IMG/VR virus record: IMGVR_UViG_3300028786_000009
Location: 4,759-68,758 of that record
Strand: one strand, 5' to 3'
DNA length: 64,000 bases
Origin: a virus
The position numbers were made by a program, and so were the translations under genes. A model generated the notes under the pieces. That model saw only the letters and a program-made list of their open reading frames with translations, searched no databases and was not told the DNA's origin. This document shows, in pieces, positions 56,701 to 64,000 of the stretch. Within the stretch, counting starts at the first letter, position 1, and every line of letters starts with the position of its first letter.

Positions 56701-59700
56701 GGGTGGTGCTGCCGCAGCACCTGAAACCGGCGGCCGACCGGCTGGAGTTCTACGCGATGGAGGTGACGGCAAGGCTCCAGTAGGCCCGCGCGTCATCGCC
56801 CGCGCCGGCACCAGCACCAAGCTGGCCACCGACATCGAGCTGCGCGCCAACGCCGACGGCACGCTGACACCGATGCACGAAGGCCGCGAGCTGCTCGACT
56901 ACGACAGCGGCGAGCCGATCTCGCTCGCGGCCGGCACCAGCGACAAGGATGCGATCCAGGCGATCCGCGACGCGGGCGCGTTCGGGCGCAAGACGAAGAT
57001 CTTCCCGAGCGACAAAACCGCCGCGCCGGCACCAGAACCGGCCGCTGCGGCGAGCGCCGCGCCGGCCCCTGCTCCGAGTGCTACCGAGCCTGCCGCGGCG
57101 CCTGTAGCCTCGCCTATGGCGCCCGAGCCCGAGCCCGAGCCGGCACCGGCACCGGCACCGGCACCGGCACCGGCACCGACGCCCGAGCCTGCGCCAGCAC
57201 CTGCGAGCGCGCCGGCACCGATCGCTGAAACGGCCCCGAAAGAGCCCGATTCGGGGCAAAAAGAGCCCGAAACGACAGCGGTTACCCCGCGTACCCCTGT
57301 TACCCCTGAACCCCCGTTCACCCCTCCTGCGCCGACGCCCGACCTGATCCAGGCGCGCCGCGCCACCCGCGAGCGCGAGCGCGAGGTGTACCGCGACCTG
57401 ATCGCGCAGCCCGAGATGGTCGGAAAGTCGCTGGACGACCTGATCGCCGCCGTCACCGCGCGCACCGAGGGGCCGAACCTGCCCTGGGCGCGGCTGCGCA
57501 TCGAGCGCCTGGCGCGTGCGCTGCACAAGGCCATCGCCAAGAACGCCGTCGAGCTGGCCCGCCAAAAGCACCGCAGCCCCGAGGTGCGCGCCACCGCGCT
57601 GGGCGCTGCCGTCACGGCCTGGAACCCGAGCGCCGACATTCCGGTGGACCAGCACGGCGCGTTCATCGCCGGCTTCGACCACGCGCTGGCCGGCAAGACG
57701 CGCAGCACCCTCACCGGCGATCACCCGATCGACCGCATGTCGGGCTACAAGGCCGCGCAGACCTGGCTCGAAACCGAGGAGGGCGCCGCCTACTTCGAGG
57801 GCCGACCGGTCAACAAGCTCCAGAACACCGGGGTCGACCTGCGCCGCTGGTACGACAAGCTCAAGGCCCAGATGCTGGCCGGCGAGTCGGATGTCGACAA
57901 GGCGTGGAAGCAAATCGAGCGCGCCACCGCGCGCGCCGACCTGTTCGCCCCGCTGCTGCCCGAGGGCGTGAGCCCGGGCTACCGCACCTACATCGAGGGC
58001 GGGCTGCGGCGCTTGGTCTCGCCGTTCAAGACCTGGCTGCTGCACAGCGACGTGAGCCGCTACACCGGCGAGTACGAGTGGGAGAAGAACGCCAAGGCGC
58101 GCGAGAAGTCGCAGCTCGACTCGATCATCGCCGGGCGCCGCCAGCCGAGTGAGCTGTCGAGCGAGGACCGCGAGCGCTTCGCGTCAGAACCGTCCTACAG
58201 GGCGCAGTGGCTGCGCGACAAGGCGGACGCCTACATCACCGAGGTGCGCAAGATCACCGAGCTGCTGGAAAACGCCAGCTCGGTCGACGAGGCCGCGCGC
58301 CGCTGGGCCGAGCGCTACGTCACCAACGACACCGACAAGGGCTACGCCGAGCCCAACGCGGCCGGCCAGAAGCTGGCTGGCGGGGCGATGTGGCTGGGCG
58401 GCTGGCGCGAGATCACCGACATGCGCCGGTTCAGCGCCTGGGTGAAGAACCTGGTGGCCAACGAGGCGACGATCGTGCTGCCCACGCGGGCCACGCCGCT
58501 GACGCCGCCCAAGCTGGACCACGTCACGCGCGACGGCCCCGACCTGCGCGCGGGCAAGGATGTGACGCCGGCCGAGGTCAAGGCCAAGTTCAGCTTCGCC
58601 GACATCGGTTTCGGCAACTGGGTGGGCGCCAAGCAGGACCAGGACCACCTGAACTACGCGCACGACGCGCTCGCCGACCTGGCCAAGCACTTCGGCGCCC
58701 CGCCCGAGGGGGTGGGCTTCGGCGGTGCGCTGCACCTGACGATCGGCGCGCTCGGCGCGGGCAGCAAGGCCGCGGCGCACTTCCAGAAGATGCAGCCGAG
58801 CCCGAACGGCCCGGTGCCGGTGATCAACCTCACGAACACGAAGGGCGACGGCACCGTCTACCACGAGTGGATTCACGCCCTGGATCACTTCCTGGGCGGC
58901 GACTGGGCCAAGCTGGTGCGACCCGAGATGGTCCGCTACCTCCAGCGCGGCGTGCTCACGGTCAAGAACGTCGAAGACGAGGCGCGCAAGTTCCTGTTCG
59001 GCGGCTGGTACTGGCAGGGCAACAAGAAGCTCGACAAGGTCGAGGCGGCGGTGCGCGGCGTGCGCCAGGGCAGCGGCATGAGGCGCGCCAGCGCGTTCAA
59101 GCAGAACAGCGACCAGCTCGGCGCCGACTACTGGGGAAACGAGCACGAAATGATCGCGCGCGCCGGCGAGGCGTGGGCTACCGACACCCTCGGGCACACC
59201 AGCAACTACCTGGTCAACACCAACTGGAGCGCCGAGGGCAAGGTCACGCAGGCCGCGGGCTTTCGCGGCACCCCGTACCCGACCGGCGAGGAGCGGCGCC
59301 TGTTCAACCTGCTGTACACGGCGCTGGCCAAGTCGGTCAAGTGGGAGAACGGCCGCCCGACGGTTGATCACCTGGACTTCCGCAAGGCGCTGCCCGAGGA
59401 GTTCAAGGCCGGCGTGCAGCGCCAGCAGGAGCTGAACGACATCGACGAGATGCGCTCGTTCTACGAGGCCGAGCAGGCCAAGCGCGCTGATGCCGCCGCC
59501 GAAGCCGCCGAGCTGGCCGCCCAGAAGCAGCGCGAGGAGGAGGCCGAGATGGACCGCCTGGCGCGCGAGAAGCTGGGCAAGGAGCCCGAGCGCGAGCCCG
59601 GCCCGGCGACGGTCGACGCCCCGCCGGTAGGCGAGCACACCGGGCCGCTGTCAGACGACGAGCTGTCGGCGCTGTTCGACGAGGCGGCGGCCGAGCTGCG

Positions 59701-62700
59701 CGAGAAGGCATCCGAGGAGCCCGACACGCCCCCGCCGGGCGAGCCCCCCGCTGCACCGGCCCCCGCACCGGCCCCCGCACCTGCGCCGGCCCCCGAGGAC
59801 GAGGCCGCCGCCGAGCTGCGCTACCAGCGCCAGCAGGCCGCCAAGGAAGCGCCCAGCGGCGCCGACATCGCGTTCCTGCGCGACCTGATCGCGCGCGGCC
59901 AGATGGTGCTGCTGTCGGGCAACGCGTGGGCGCGCTTTCACGGCATCCCGACGATCCATTCGATCCAGCAGCTCGAAAGCAAGGGCGAGGGCAAGGTGCG
60001 CCATGTCGGCTTCGGCATGTTCGAGTTCCACGGGCGCGACCTGAAAGCGACCTGGGACGCGGGCGGCGCGATGCAAAAGGCCCCCGACGGCACCTCCTAC
60101 TCACTGCTTCACGTGGAACGTGGCACGTTCGAGTACCCGAAGGCGCGCATTCTCGACATGCTGAGCAAGATGGGCACGCTGCCCACGCCGCCCGCCGCAC
60201 CGCCCGCCGCACCGCCCGCCGCACCAGCGCCCAGCCGCGCCGAGGCGAGCGCCGCCGAGCTGATCGCCAAGGCCGCGCAGCTCGGGGTCAAGGGCGCCGA
60301 CGAGGCGCTGACCGGCCTGGCCAAGCTGTTCGGCGGCCCGGGGCGGCTCAACTCGTTCCCCGGCGGCTTCGACGAAGAGACCTACAAGCAGGCCAAGCCG
60401 CACTTCCAGGCCGCGCTCCAGTCGTTCCAGGAGGCCGGCAAGTCGCTGAAAGACCTGTTCAAGATGCTGATCACGCAGTTCGGCGACGGCATCAAGGACT
60501 ACGCGCTGCGCTTCGCCAAGGACGAGGCGCTGGGCGCGCAGCTCGGCGCCAAGGTCAGCGCCAGCTCGCAGGTAGCCGACCAGGTAGCCGCGCAGCTCGA
60601 ACGCGGCGAGGCGTTCACCTGGCGCGAGCTGTTCGGCTGGGCCGACGCCGCGTACGGCGGCACTCAGGCCGCCGGCACCTACAGCGTCAAGGACGCCTAC
60701 GACGCGATGGAAGCGGGCATGAACCGCTACCTCCTGGCGCATCCGCAGGCGTTCAACCCGGCGGTGCCGTTCGAGGATGCGCTGCGCGCGGTGGCCGCGC
60801 TCGAGCAGCTCACCGCCAAGCTGCCCACGCAGACCAAGCGCACCGAGGAACAGAACCTGTACCAGCAGTTCAGCACCGTGCCGGCCTTCGCCTACGCGGC
60901 CAACTGGGCGGCCAACCTGAGCCAGACCGACACCGTCGGCGAGTTCTCGGCCGGCATCGGCGGGCTGGCGGTGTTCGCCAAGAACGCGGGCGCCAAGCTG
61001 ATCTTGAACGAGCTGTCGAGCCGGCGCGCGGCGGTGCTGCAAGAGGTCTTCCCCGACACCACGGTGCACCACGAGAACGCCGAGCAGATCCACAACATCC
61101 TGCCCGACCACCTGGTGCCCACCGCGGTGGTGATCAACCCGCCGTTCAGCTCCAGCGCCGAAACCGGGCGCAAGAAGACCGCCGTCGGCGCCGAGCACCT
61201 GGAGCAAGCGCTGCTGCGCCTGGCCGACGGCGGGCGCCTGGTGGCGATCGTGGGCGAGGGCATGGCGCGCGACAAGCCGGCTTTTGCCGCCTGGTGGAAG
61301 AAGATCGACGCCAAGTACCACGTGCGCGCGGCGGTGCCGGTGTCGGGTGCGGGCTACGCCAAGTACGGCACGACGTTCGACAACGTGCTGATCGTGATCG
61401 ACAAGGTCAACCCCCCGGACAAGGCGGTGCCCCCTGTCGTGAGCCCCGCGGCCGACTACACTGAGCTGGTTCGGCTGCTAGCAGGAGTGCGAAATGATCG
61501 ACCAGCAGTTTCAGCCGGGGTCAGCGACGTTGATGCGGCTCAACCAGACCCCGACCGCGGAGCACGTGGCGAGCCTCCTCGAGGAGGCGAAGGTGCCGAC
61601 GCACGGGCGCCTGGTGATAGCGGTGCTCCTGGAGTGGGCACTGGAGCACCTGGCGGCCGAACGGGTGTGGGCACAGGCGGTCGAGCAGGCGGCGGTTCTC
61701 GGGGAGGAAAGGGACCCGGAGGGACTGTCGGAGAACCTGGAAACGCAGCGGATGCTGGAAGCAACGACGCTGGACGAAGCGGGCCGAGCGATCCTGTCGT
61801 CGGTGGCGGACTTCGTGCTGCCGGGGACGCAACCGGCGTAACCACGGGCGTCACGATCGGCGCGGCCACCAACGCCGCCGCCGCGCTGACCGATTCCGTC
61901 TTCGAGGGCTACACGCCGCAGCGCTTGCAGGTGCCCGGCGCCAAGCCGCACCCCGGCGCGCTGGTGCAGTCCGCGGCGATGGCCTCGGTGCTGCCGCCCG
62001 CGCCCACCTACACGCCGAACCTGCCGCGCGAGACGATCGACAAGGGGCTGCTGTCGATCGCCCAGATCGAGGCGATCGTCTACGCCGGCCAGGCGCACGG
62101 CCAGATGCTCGACACCACCGTCGACGACAAGACGGCGACCAAGCACGGCATCAAGGCCGGCACGCCCTACCGGCGCGGCTTCTTCATCGGTGACGGCACC
62201 GGCGTGGGCAAGGGCCGCGAGGTCAGCGGCATCCTGCTCGACAACCTGCGCCAGGGCCGCACCAAGCACGTCTGGGTGTCGGAGAAACAGGGTCTGCTCA
62301 ACGACGCCAAGCGCGACTTCAAGGGCGTGGGCGGCGAAGAAGCGCTGCTGTTCAACCAGAACAAGACCAAGGCCGAGGACAAGATCGACGCCAAGGGCGG
62401 GATTGTCTTCACCACCTACTCGACGCTGCGCTCGGGCGCGCAGAACGTGACCGCGGGCGGCTTCAAGAAGGGTGCCCCGGTGCGCGTGGGCCGCCCGTTC
62501 GGCCAGGTCTTCGAAACCGGCGAGGGCCACGACTACGACACCGGCGAGCTGGTCAAGGTCGACGCGGGGCGCAACCAGGTGCACGTGAAGTCGAAGCAGA
62601 CCGGCAAGATCTCGATTCACCCGTTCGGCCAGATCCTGGCGATCGGCGGCAACGAGCACTGGCTGGACGCCGTCGACGACCCGAAGAAGGCGCCGAAGTC

Positions 62701-64000
62701 GCGCCTGGACCAGCTCGTCGAGTGGCTGGGCAAGGACTTCGACGGCGTGATCGCCTTCGACGAGGCGCACAACGCGGGCAACGCCGAGGCGATCAGGGGC
62801 GATCGTGGCATGAGCGATCCCTCGGCGCAGGCGCTGGCGGTGGTCGAGCTGCAAGCGCGCTTGCCCAACGCGCGCGTGGTCTACGTCAGCGCCACCGGCG
62901 CCACCGAGGTCAGCAACCTCGCCTTCGCCACCCGGCTCGGGCTGTGGGGCGCGGGCACCGCGTTCCCGACGGTGCAGAACTTCATCGCCGAGATGACGGC
63001 CGGCGGCCTGGCGACGATGGAGCTGGTGGCGCGCGACATGAAACAGGCGGGCTCCTACCTGGCGCGCAGCCTGTCGTTCGACGGCGTGAGCTACTCGCGC
63101 ATCGAGCACGAGCTGACGCCGCTGCAACGCCAGATCTACGACCGCCTGGCCGAAGCGTGGCAGGTGACGCTCCAGAATTTCATGGCCGCCCTCGAGGCGA
63201 CCGGGGTGATCAACGAGCAGGGCACGACGAAGAACTCCAAGGCGCTGGCCGCCGCCAAGTCGGCGTACTGGGGCGCGCAGCAGCGCTTTTTCAACCAGGT
63301 GATCACCAGCATGCAGATGCCCTCGGTGATCGAGCAGATCGAGCGCGACGTGGCCGCCGGCCATGCGATCGTGCTGCAACTGGTCAACACCAACGAGGCG
63401 CAGCAAGAGCGCGCGGTGGCCAAGAAGAAGGAGGAGGGCGAAACCGATCTCGAAGACCTGGACCTGACGCCGCGCGATCAGCTCATCCAGATGGTGCAGA
63501 AGTCGTTCCCCACGCAGCAGTTCGTCGAGGAGGTCAACCCCGAGACGGGCGCCACGCGGATGGTGCCCGCGCTCAACTCCAAGGGCGAGCCGATCGAGAA
63601 CAAGGCCGCGGTCGCGATGCGCGACAAGCTGCTCAAGGACCTGGCCGACATCAAGGTGCCCGACGGCCCGCTGGAGCTGATCCTGAATCACTTCGGCCCC
63701 GAGATGGTGGGCGAGGTGACCGGGCGCAAGCAGCGCGTGGTGCGCCTGCCCGACGCCGATGGCAACCTCAAGGCGCAGATCCAGGCGCGCGGCGCGAGCG
63801 CGGCGCGAGCCGACGCCGACGCCTTCATGGCCGACAAGAAGCGCATCCTGGTGTTCTCCGACGCCGGCGGGACCGGGTTCAGCTTCCAGGCCGACCTGAC
63901 CAAGCCGAACCAGCGCAAGCGCCAGCACTACCTGCTGCAACCGGGCTGGCGCGCCAACAAGGCGGTGCAGGGCCTGGGCCGCTCGCACCGCACCAACCAG
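53795..64000 (+). CDS. Giant polyvalent (DarB-like) virion protein: InPase-like + LPD1 + N6-adenine MTase + strawberry-notch SF2 helicase; 3'-truncated
   Basis: Starts MAKKWAEV and is still in the same frame at the window end (AVQGLGRSHRTNQ). Motifs: YGYIRGTKG.DG..ID/DEHKVMLG (~56100-56500), HEWIHALD (~58860), QQFST/SAG.G/NPPF (~60860-61150), GDGTGVGKGRE (~62190), FDEAH (~62755). Confidence 0.88.
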   Translation, partial: MAKKWAEVTALPAYQALTPDDQDAAKQQYFDEVIRPQVPRARQDVAYEEFKADTGYGERDSAELTHPGGLGSGRPASNDERIAARGLSSVAPPPPSTGVLAGIRENEAARNQRFGLVEPPVPPAPAPAPREEPKPFKDKFEAVNDAVDRIEMGADRDKVFEAFTKIGIKPSEIEARGVALGGAAFKRFDAAPGVKAPVGPMQADGEIKATPTPNRNIFAVVNDSMINVANAAVGTVKTLSDLTGPDSQNSKDLERFIKQGQRAQSEWQKNKRSELSDSLADSTGQVDKAGRYLMHAIVDDPLATMSEAAGNIGAFGALGRATAALQAGTATKASMAIAGMAGAGEVRGNIWDAVNGKSDKELMQSSPEYKKLREGGMDEGRAKREIGANLLRNLPELVATGLVASLGGKYGLEALATGARVSTGRISGALIGLIDEGTQGALEQVATNIGVKRAEPGQKILDDVLLNAVSEGLVGSLGGAMTGGNAHEVAALKYEDARKKGLNVDPPLSSDPPDVQRAKTVGIFDSLAAQYGIPKAAVDQVKKATEGVPLEQLGGVLAKFASALQQRNLTGTPLDDHALAVLTAGAVAPPPAEGDAMVWRSKDSEQPVTLGKGTAVTAPDGRKYQPVIGSNGVPSFVPADELHPPGAKTQTAAAPAAAPATAADTSTRAAATSAPAPAPSVSRQNATPADEDFSGLSETSAEPATAADTSTRAPAVPDAGVDPATGTPLSNAEAVAAAPAPEIKTTVDEAAHAAASSPLNDKSEPTRAQIEAGNAPLGHPKVGGMNVSVETAEGGIRRSKPGALVQWATKMVGASYGYIRGTKGMDGEQIDAFVKPGTDEKWDGTVFVIDQLDPDSGKPDEHKVMLGYANVQEAQKTYLANYQPGWKGMGEVRAVPLASFKKWLAEGDTSQPFATRKAAPKGKPSEPSQPDVSGTAAPAAGAAEPGSHQPGGSRGDLGRDAATAPAEQPGGAAAAPETGGRPAGVLRDGGDGKAPVGPRVIARAGTSTKLATDIELRANADGTLTPMHEGRELLDYDSGEPISLAAGTSDKDAIQAIRDAGAFGRKTKIFPSDKTAAPAPEPAAAASAAPAPAPSATEPAAAPVASPMAPEPEPEPAPAPAPAPAPAPTPEPAPAPASAPAPIAETAPKEPDSGQKEPETTAVTPRTPVTPEPPFTPPAPTPDLIQARRATREREREVYRDLIAQPEMVGKSLDDLIAAVTARTEGPNLPWARLRIERLARALHKAIAKNAVELARQKHRSPEVRATALGAAVTAWNPSADIPVDQHGAFIAGFDHALAGKTRSTLTGDHPIDRMSGYKAAQTWLETEEGAAYFEGRPVNKLQNTGVDLRRWYDKLKAQMLAGESDVDKAWKQIERATARADLFAPLLPEGVSPGYRTYIEGGLRRLVSPFKTWLLHSDVSRYTGEYEWEKNAKAREKSQLDSIIAGRRQPSELSSEDRERFASEPSYRAQWLRDKADAYITEVRKITELLENASSVDEAARRWAERYVTNDTDKGYAEPNAAGQKLAGGAMWLGGWREITDMRRFSAWVKNLVANEATIVLPTRATPLTPPKLDHVTRDGPDLRAGKDVTPAEVKAKFSFADIGFGNWVGAKQDQDHLNYAHDALADLAKHFGAPPEGVGFGGALHLTIGALGAGSKAAAHFQKMQPSPNGPVPVINLTNTKGDGTVYHEWIHALDHFLGGDWAKLVRPEMVRYLQRGVLTVKNVEDEARKFLFGGWYWQGNKKLDKVEAAVRGVRQGSGMRRASAFKQNSDQLGADYWGNEHEMIARAGEAWATDTLGHTSNYLVNTNWSAEGKVTQAAGFRGTPYPTGEERRLFNLLYTALAKSVKWENGRPTVDHLDFRKALPEEFKAGVQRQQELNDIDEMRSFYEAEQAKRADAAAEAAELAAQKQREEEAEMDRLAREKLGKEPEREPGPATVDAPPVGEHTGPLSDDELSALFDEAAAELREKASEEPDTPPPGEPPAAPAPAPAPAPAPAPEDEAAAELRYQRQQAAKEAPSGADIAFLRDLIARGQMVLLSGNAWARFHGIPTIHSIQQLESKGEGKVRHVGFGMFEFHGRDLKATWDAGGAMQKAPDGTSYSLLHVERGTFEYPKARILDMLSKMGTLPTPPAAPPAAPPAAPAPSRAEASAAELIAKAAQLGVKGADEALTGLAKLFGGPGRLNSFPGGFDEETYKQAKPHFQAALQSFQEAGKSLKDLFKMLITQFGDGIKDYALRFAKDEALGAQLGAKVSASSQVADQVAAQLERGEAFTWRELFGWADAAYGGTQAAGTYSVKDAYDAMEAGMNRYLLAHPQAFNPAVPFEDALRAVAALEQLTAKLPTQTKRTEEQNLYQQFSTVPAFAYAANWAANLSQTDTVGEFSAGIGGLAVFAKNAGAKLILNELSSRRAAVLQEVFPDTTVHHENAEQIHNILPDHLVPTAVVINPPFSSSAETGRKKTAVGAEHLEQALLRLADGGRLVAIVGEGMARDKPAFAAWWKKIDAKYHVRAAVPVSGAGYAKYGTTFDNVLIVIDKVNPPDKAVPPVVSPAADYTELVRLLAGVRNDRPAVSAGVSDVDAAQPDPDRGARGEPPRGGEGADARAPGDSGAPGVGTGAPGGRTGVGTGGRAGGGSRGGKGPGGTVGEPGNAADAGSNDAGRSGPSDPVVGGGLRAAGDATGVTTGVTIGAATNAAAALTDSVFEGYTPQRLQVPGAKPHPGALVQSAAMASVLPPAPTYTPNLPRETIDKGLLSIAQIEAIVYAGQAHGQMLDTTVDDKTATKHGIKAGTPYRRGFFIGDGTGVGKGREVSGILLDNLRQGRTKHVWVSEKQGLLNDAKRDFKGVGGEEALLFNQNKTKAEDKIDAKGGIVFTTYSTLRSGAQNVTAGGFKKGAPVRVGRPFGQVFETGEGHDYDTGELVKVDAGRNQVHVKSKQTGKISIHPFGQILAIGGNEHWLDAVDDPKKAPKSRLDQLVEWLGKDFDGVIAFDEAHNAGNAEAIRGDRGMSDPSAQALAVVELQARLPNARVVYVSATGATEVSNLAFATRLGLWGAGTAFPTVQNFIAEMTAGGLATMELVARDMKQAGSYLARSLSFDGVSYSRIEHELTPLQRQIYDRLAEAWQVTLQNFMAALEATGVINEQGTTKNSKALAAAKSAYWGAQQRFFNQVITSMQMPSVIEQIERDVAAGHAIVLQLVNTNEAQQERAVAKKKEEGETDLEDLDLTPRDQLIQMVQKSFPTQQFVEEVNPETGATRMVPALNSKGEPIENKAAVAMRDKLLKDLADIKVPDGPLELILNHFGPEMVGEVTGRKQRVVRLPDADGNLKAQIQARGASAARADADAFMADKKRILVFSDAGGTGFSFQADLTKPNQRKRQHYLLQPGWRANKAVQGLGRSHRTNQ
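56568..56783 (+). CDS. Nested +1-frame gene inside the giant gene (71 aa)
   Basis: AAGGGG SD-like sequence then GTG; GC3-rich codons in this frame while the giant frame becomes A/T3-rich. Confidence 0.55.
   Translation: MNHHSLTYQALPRLLRVPLSLGVISQAEAAEIWDVMLQQHPPNNRVVLPQHLKPAADRLEFYAMEVTARLQ
61494..61841 (+). CDS. Nested +1-frame gene inside the giant gene (115 aa, acidic, helical)
   Basis: AGGAG SD 6 nt before ATG; in-frame TAG just upstream; codon bias switches to this frame. Confidence 0.65.
   Translation: MIDQQFQPGSATLMRLNQTPTAEHVASLLEEAKVPTHGRLVIAVLLEWALEHLAAERVWAQAVEQAAVLGEERDPEGLSENLETQRMLEATTLDEAGRAILSSVADFVLPGTQPA

Noticed and set aside
57120-57200. Tandem GCACCG / CCCGAG repeats as a CRISPR array or VNTR element
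   Set aside because: In-frame PE/PA linker coding; no repeat-spacer structure and no cas operon.
34366-63988. Very long minus-strand ORFs (34366-36783, 44238-46685, 54023-56419, 61511-63988)
   Set aside because: Antisense shadows of GC3-rich plus-strand genes; no motifs or SD.

Overview
The whole window is one GC-rich temperate tailed-phage genome, probably podovirus-like and probably infecting a Burkholderiales/betaproteobacterial host (inference). No host housekeeping genes are visible. Gene order: C-terminal end of a large polyvalent protein (LPD38-like) -> lysis genes (holin, GH19 endolysin) -> leftward block of small accessory genes -> attP-like site carrying the 3' half of tRNA-Cys -> tyrosine integrase, XRE regulator, excisionase -> leftward early/recombination operon (J-domain, HNH, KTSC, NinB, PD-(D/E)XK exonuclease, ERF) -> divergent control region -> Cro-like gene, replication initiator with internal iterons, DnaB, RusA -> small accessory genes -> TerS, TerL, portal, scaffold, N4-gp56-type capsid, adaptors, tail and ejection proteins -> a giant ORF (53795 to >64000, ~3400 codons with no stop in the window) with InPase-like, LPD1, adenine-MTase and strawberry-notch SF2 helicase domains. 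The most unusual signals are: two apparently real small genes nested in the +1 frame inside linkers of the giant gene; an in-frame TGA splitting a tail structural gene; a dispersed AATATGGC-N5-GCCATATT operator also present beside the putative origin; and a candidate anti-Shine-Dalgarno (CCUCC-loop) sRNA upstream of terS. All family assignments come from motif recognition by eye, not database searches.
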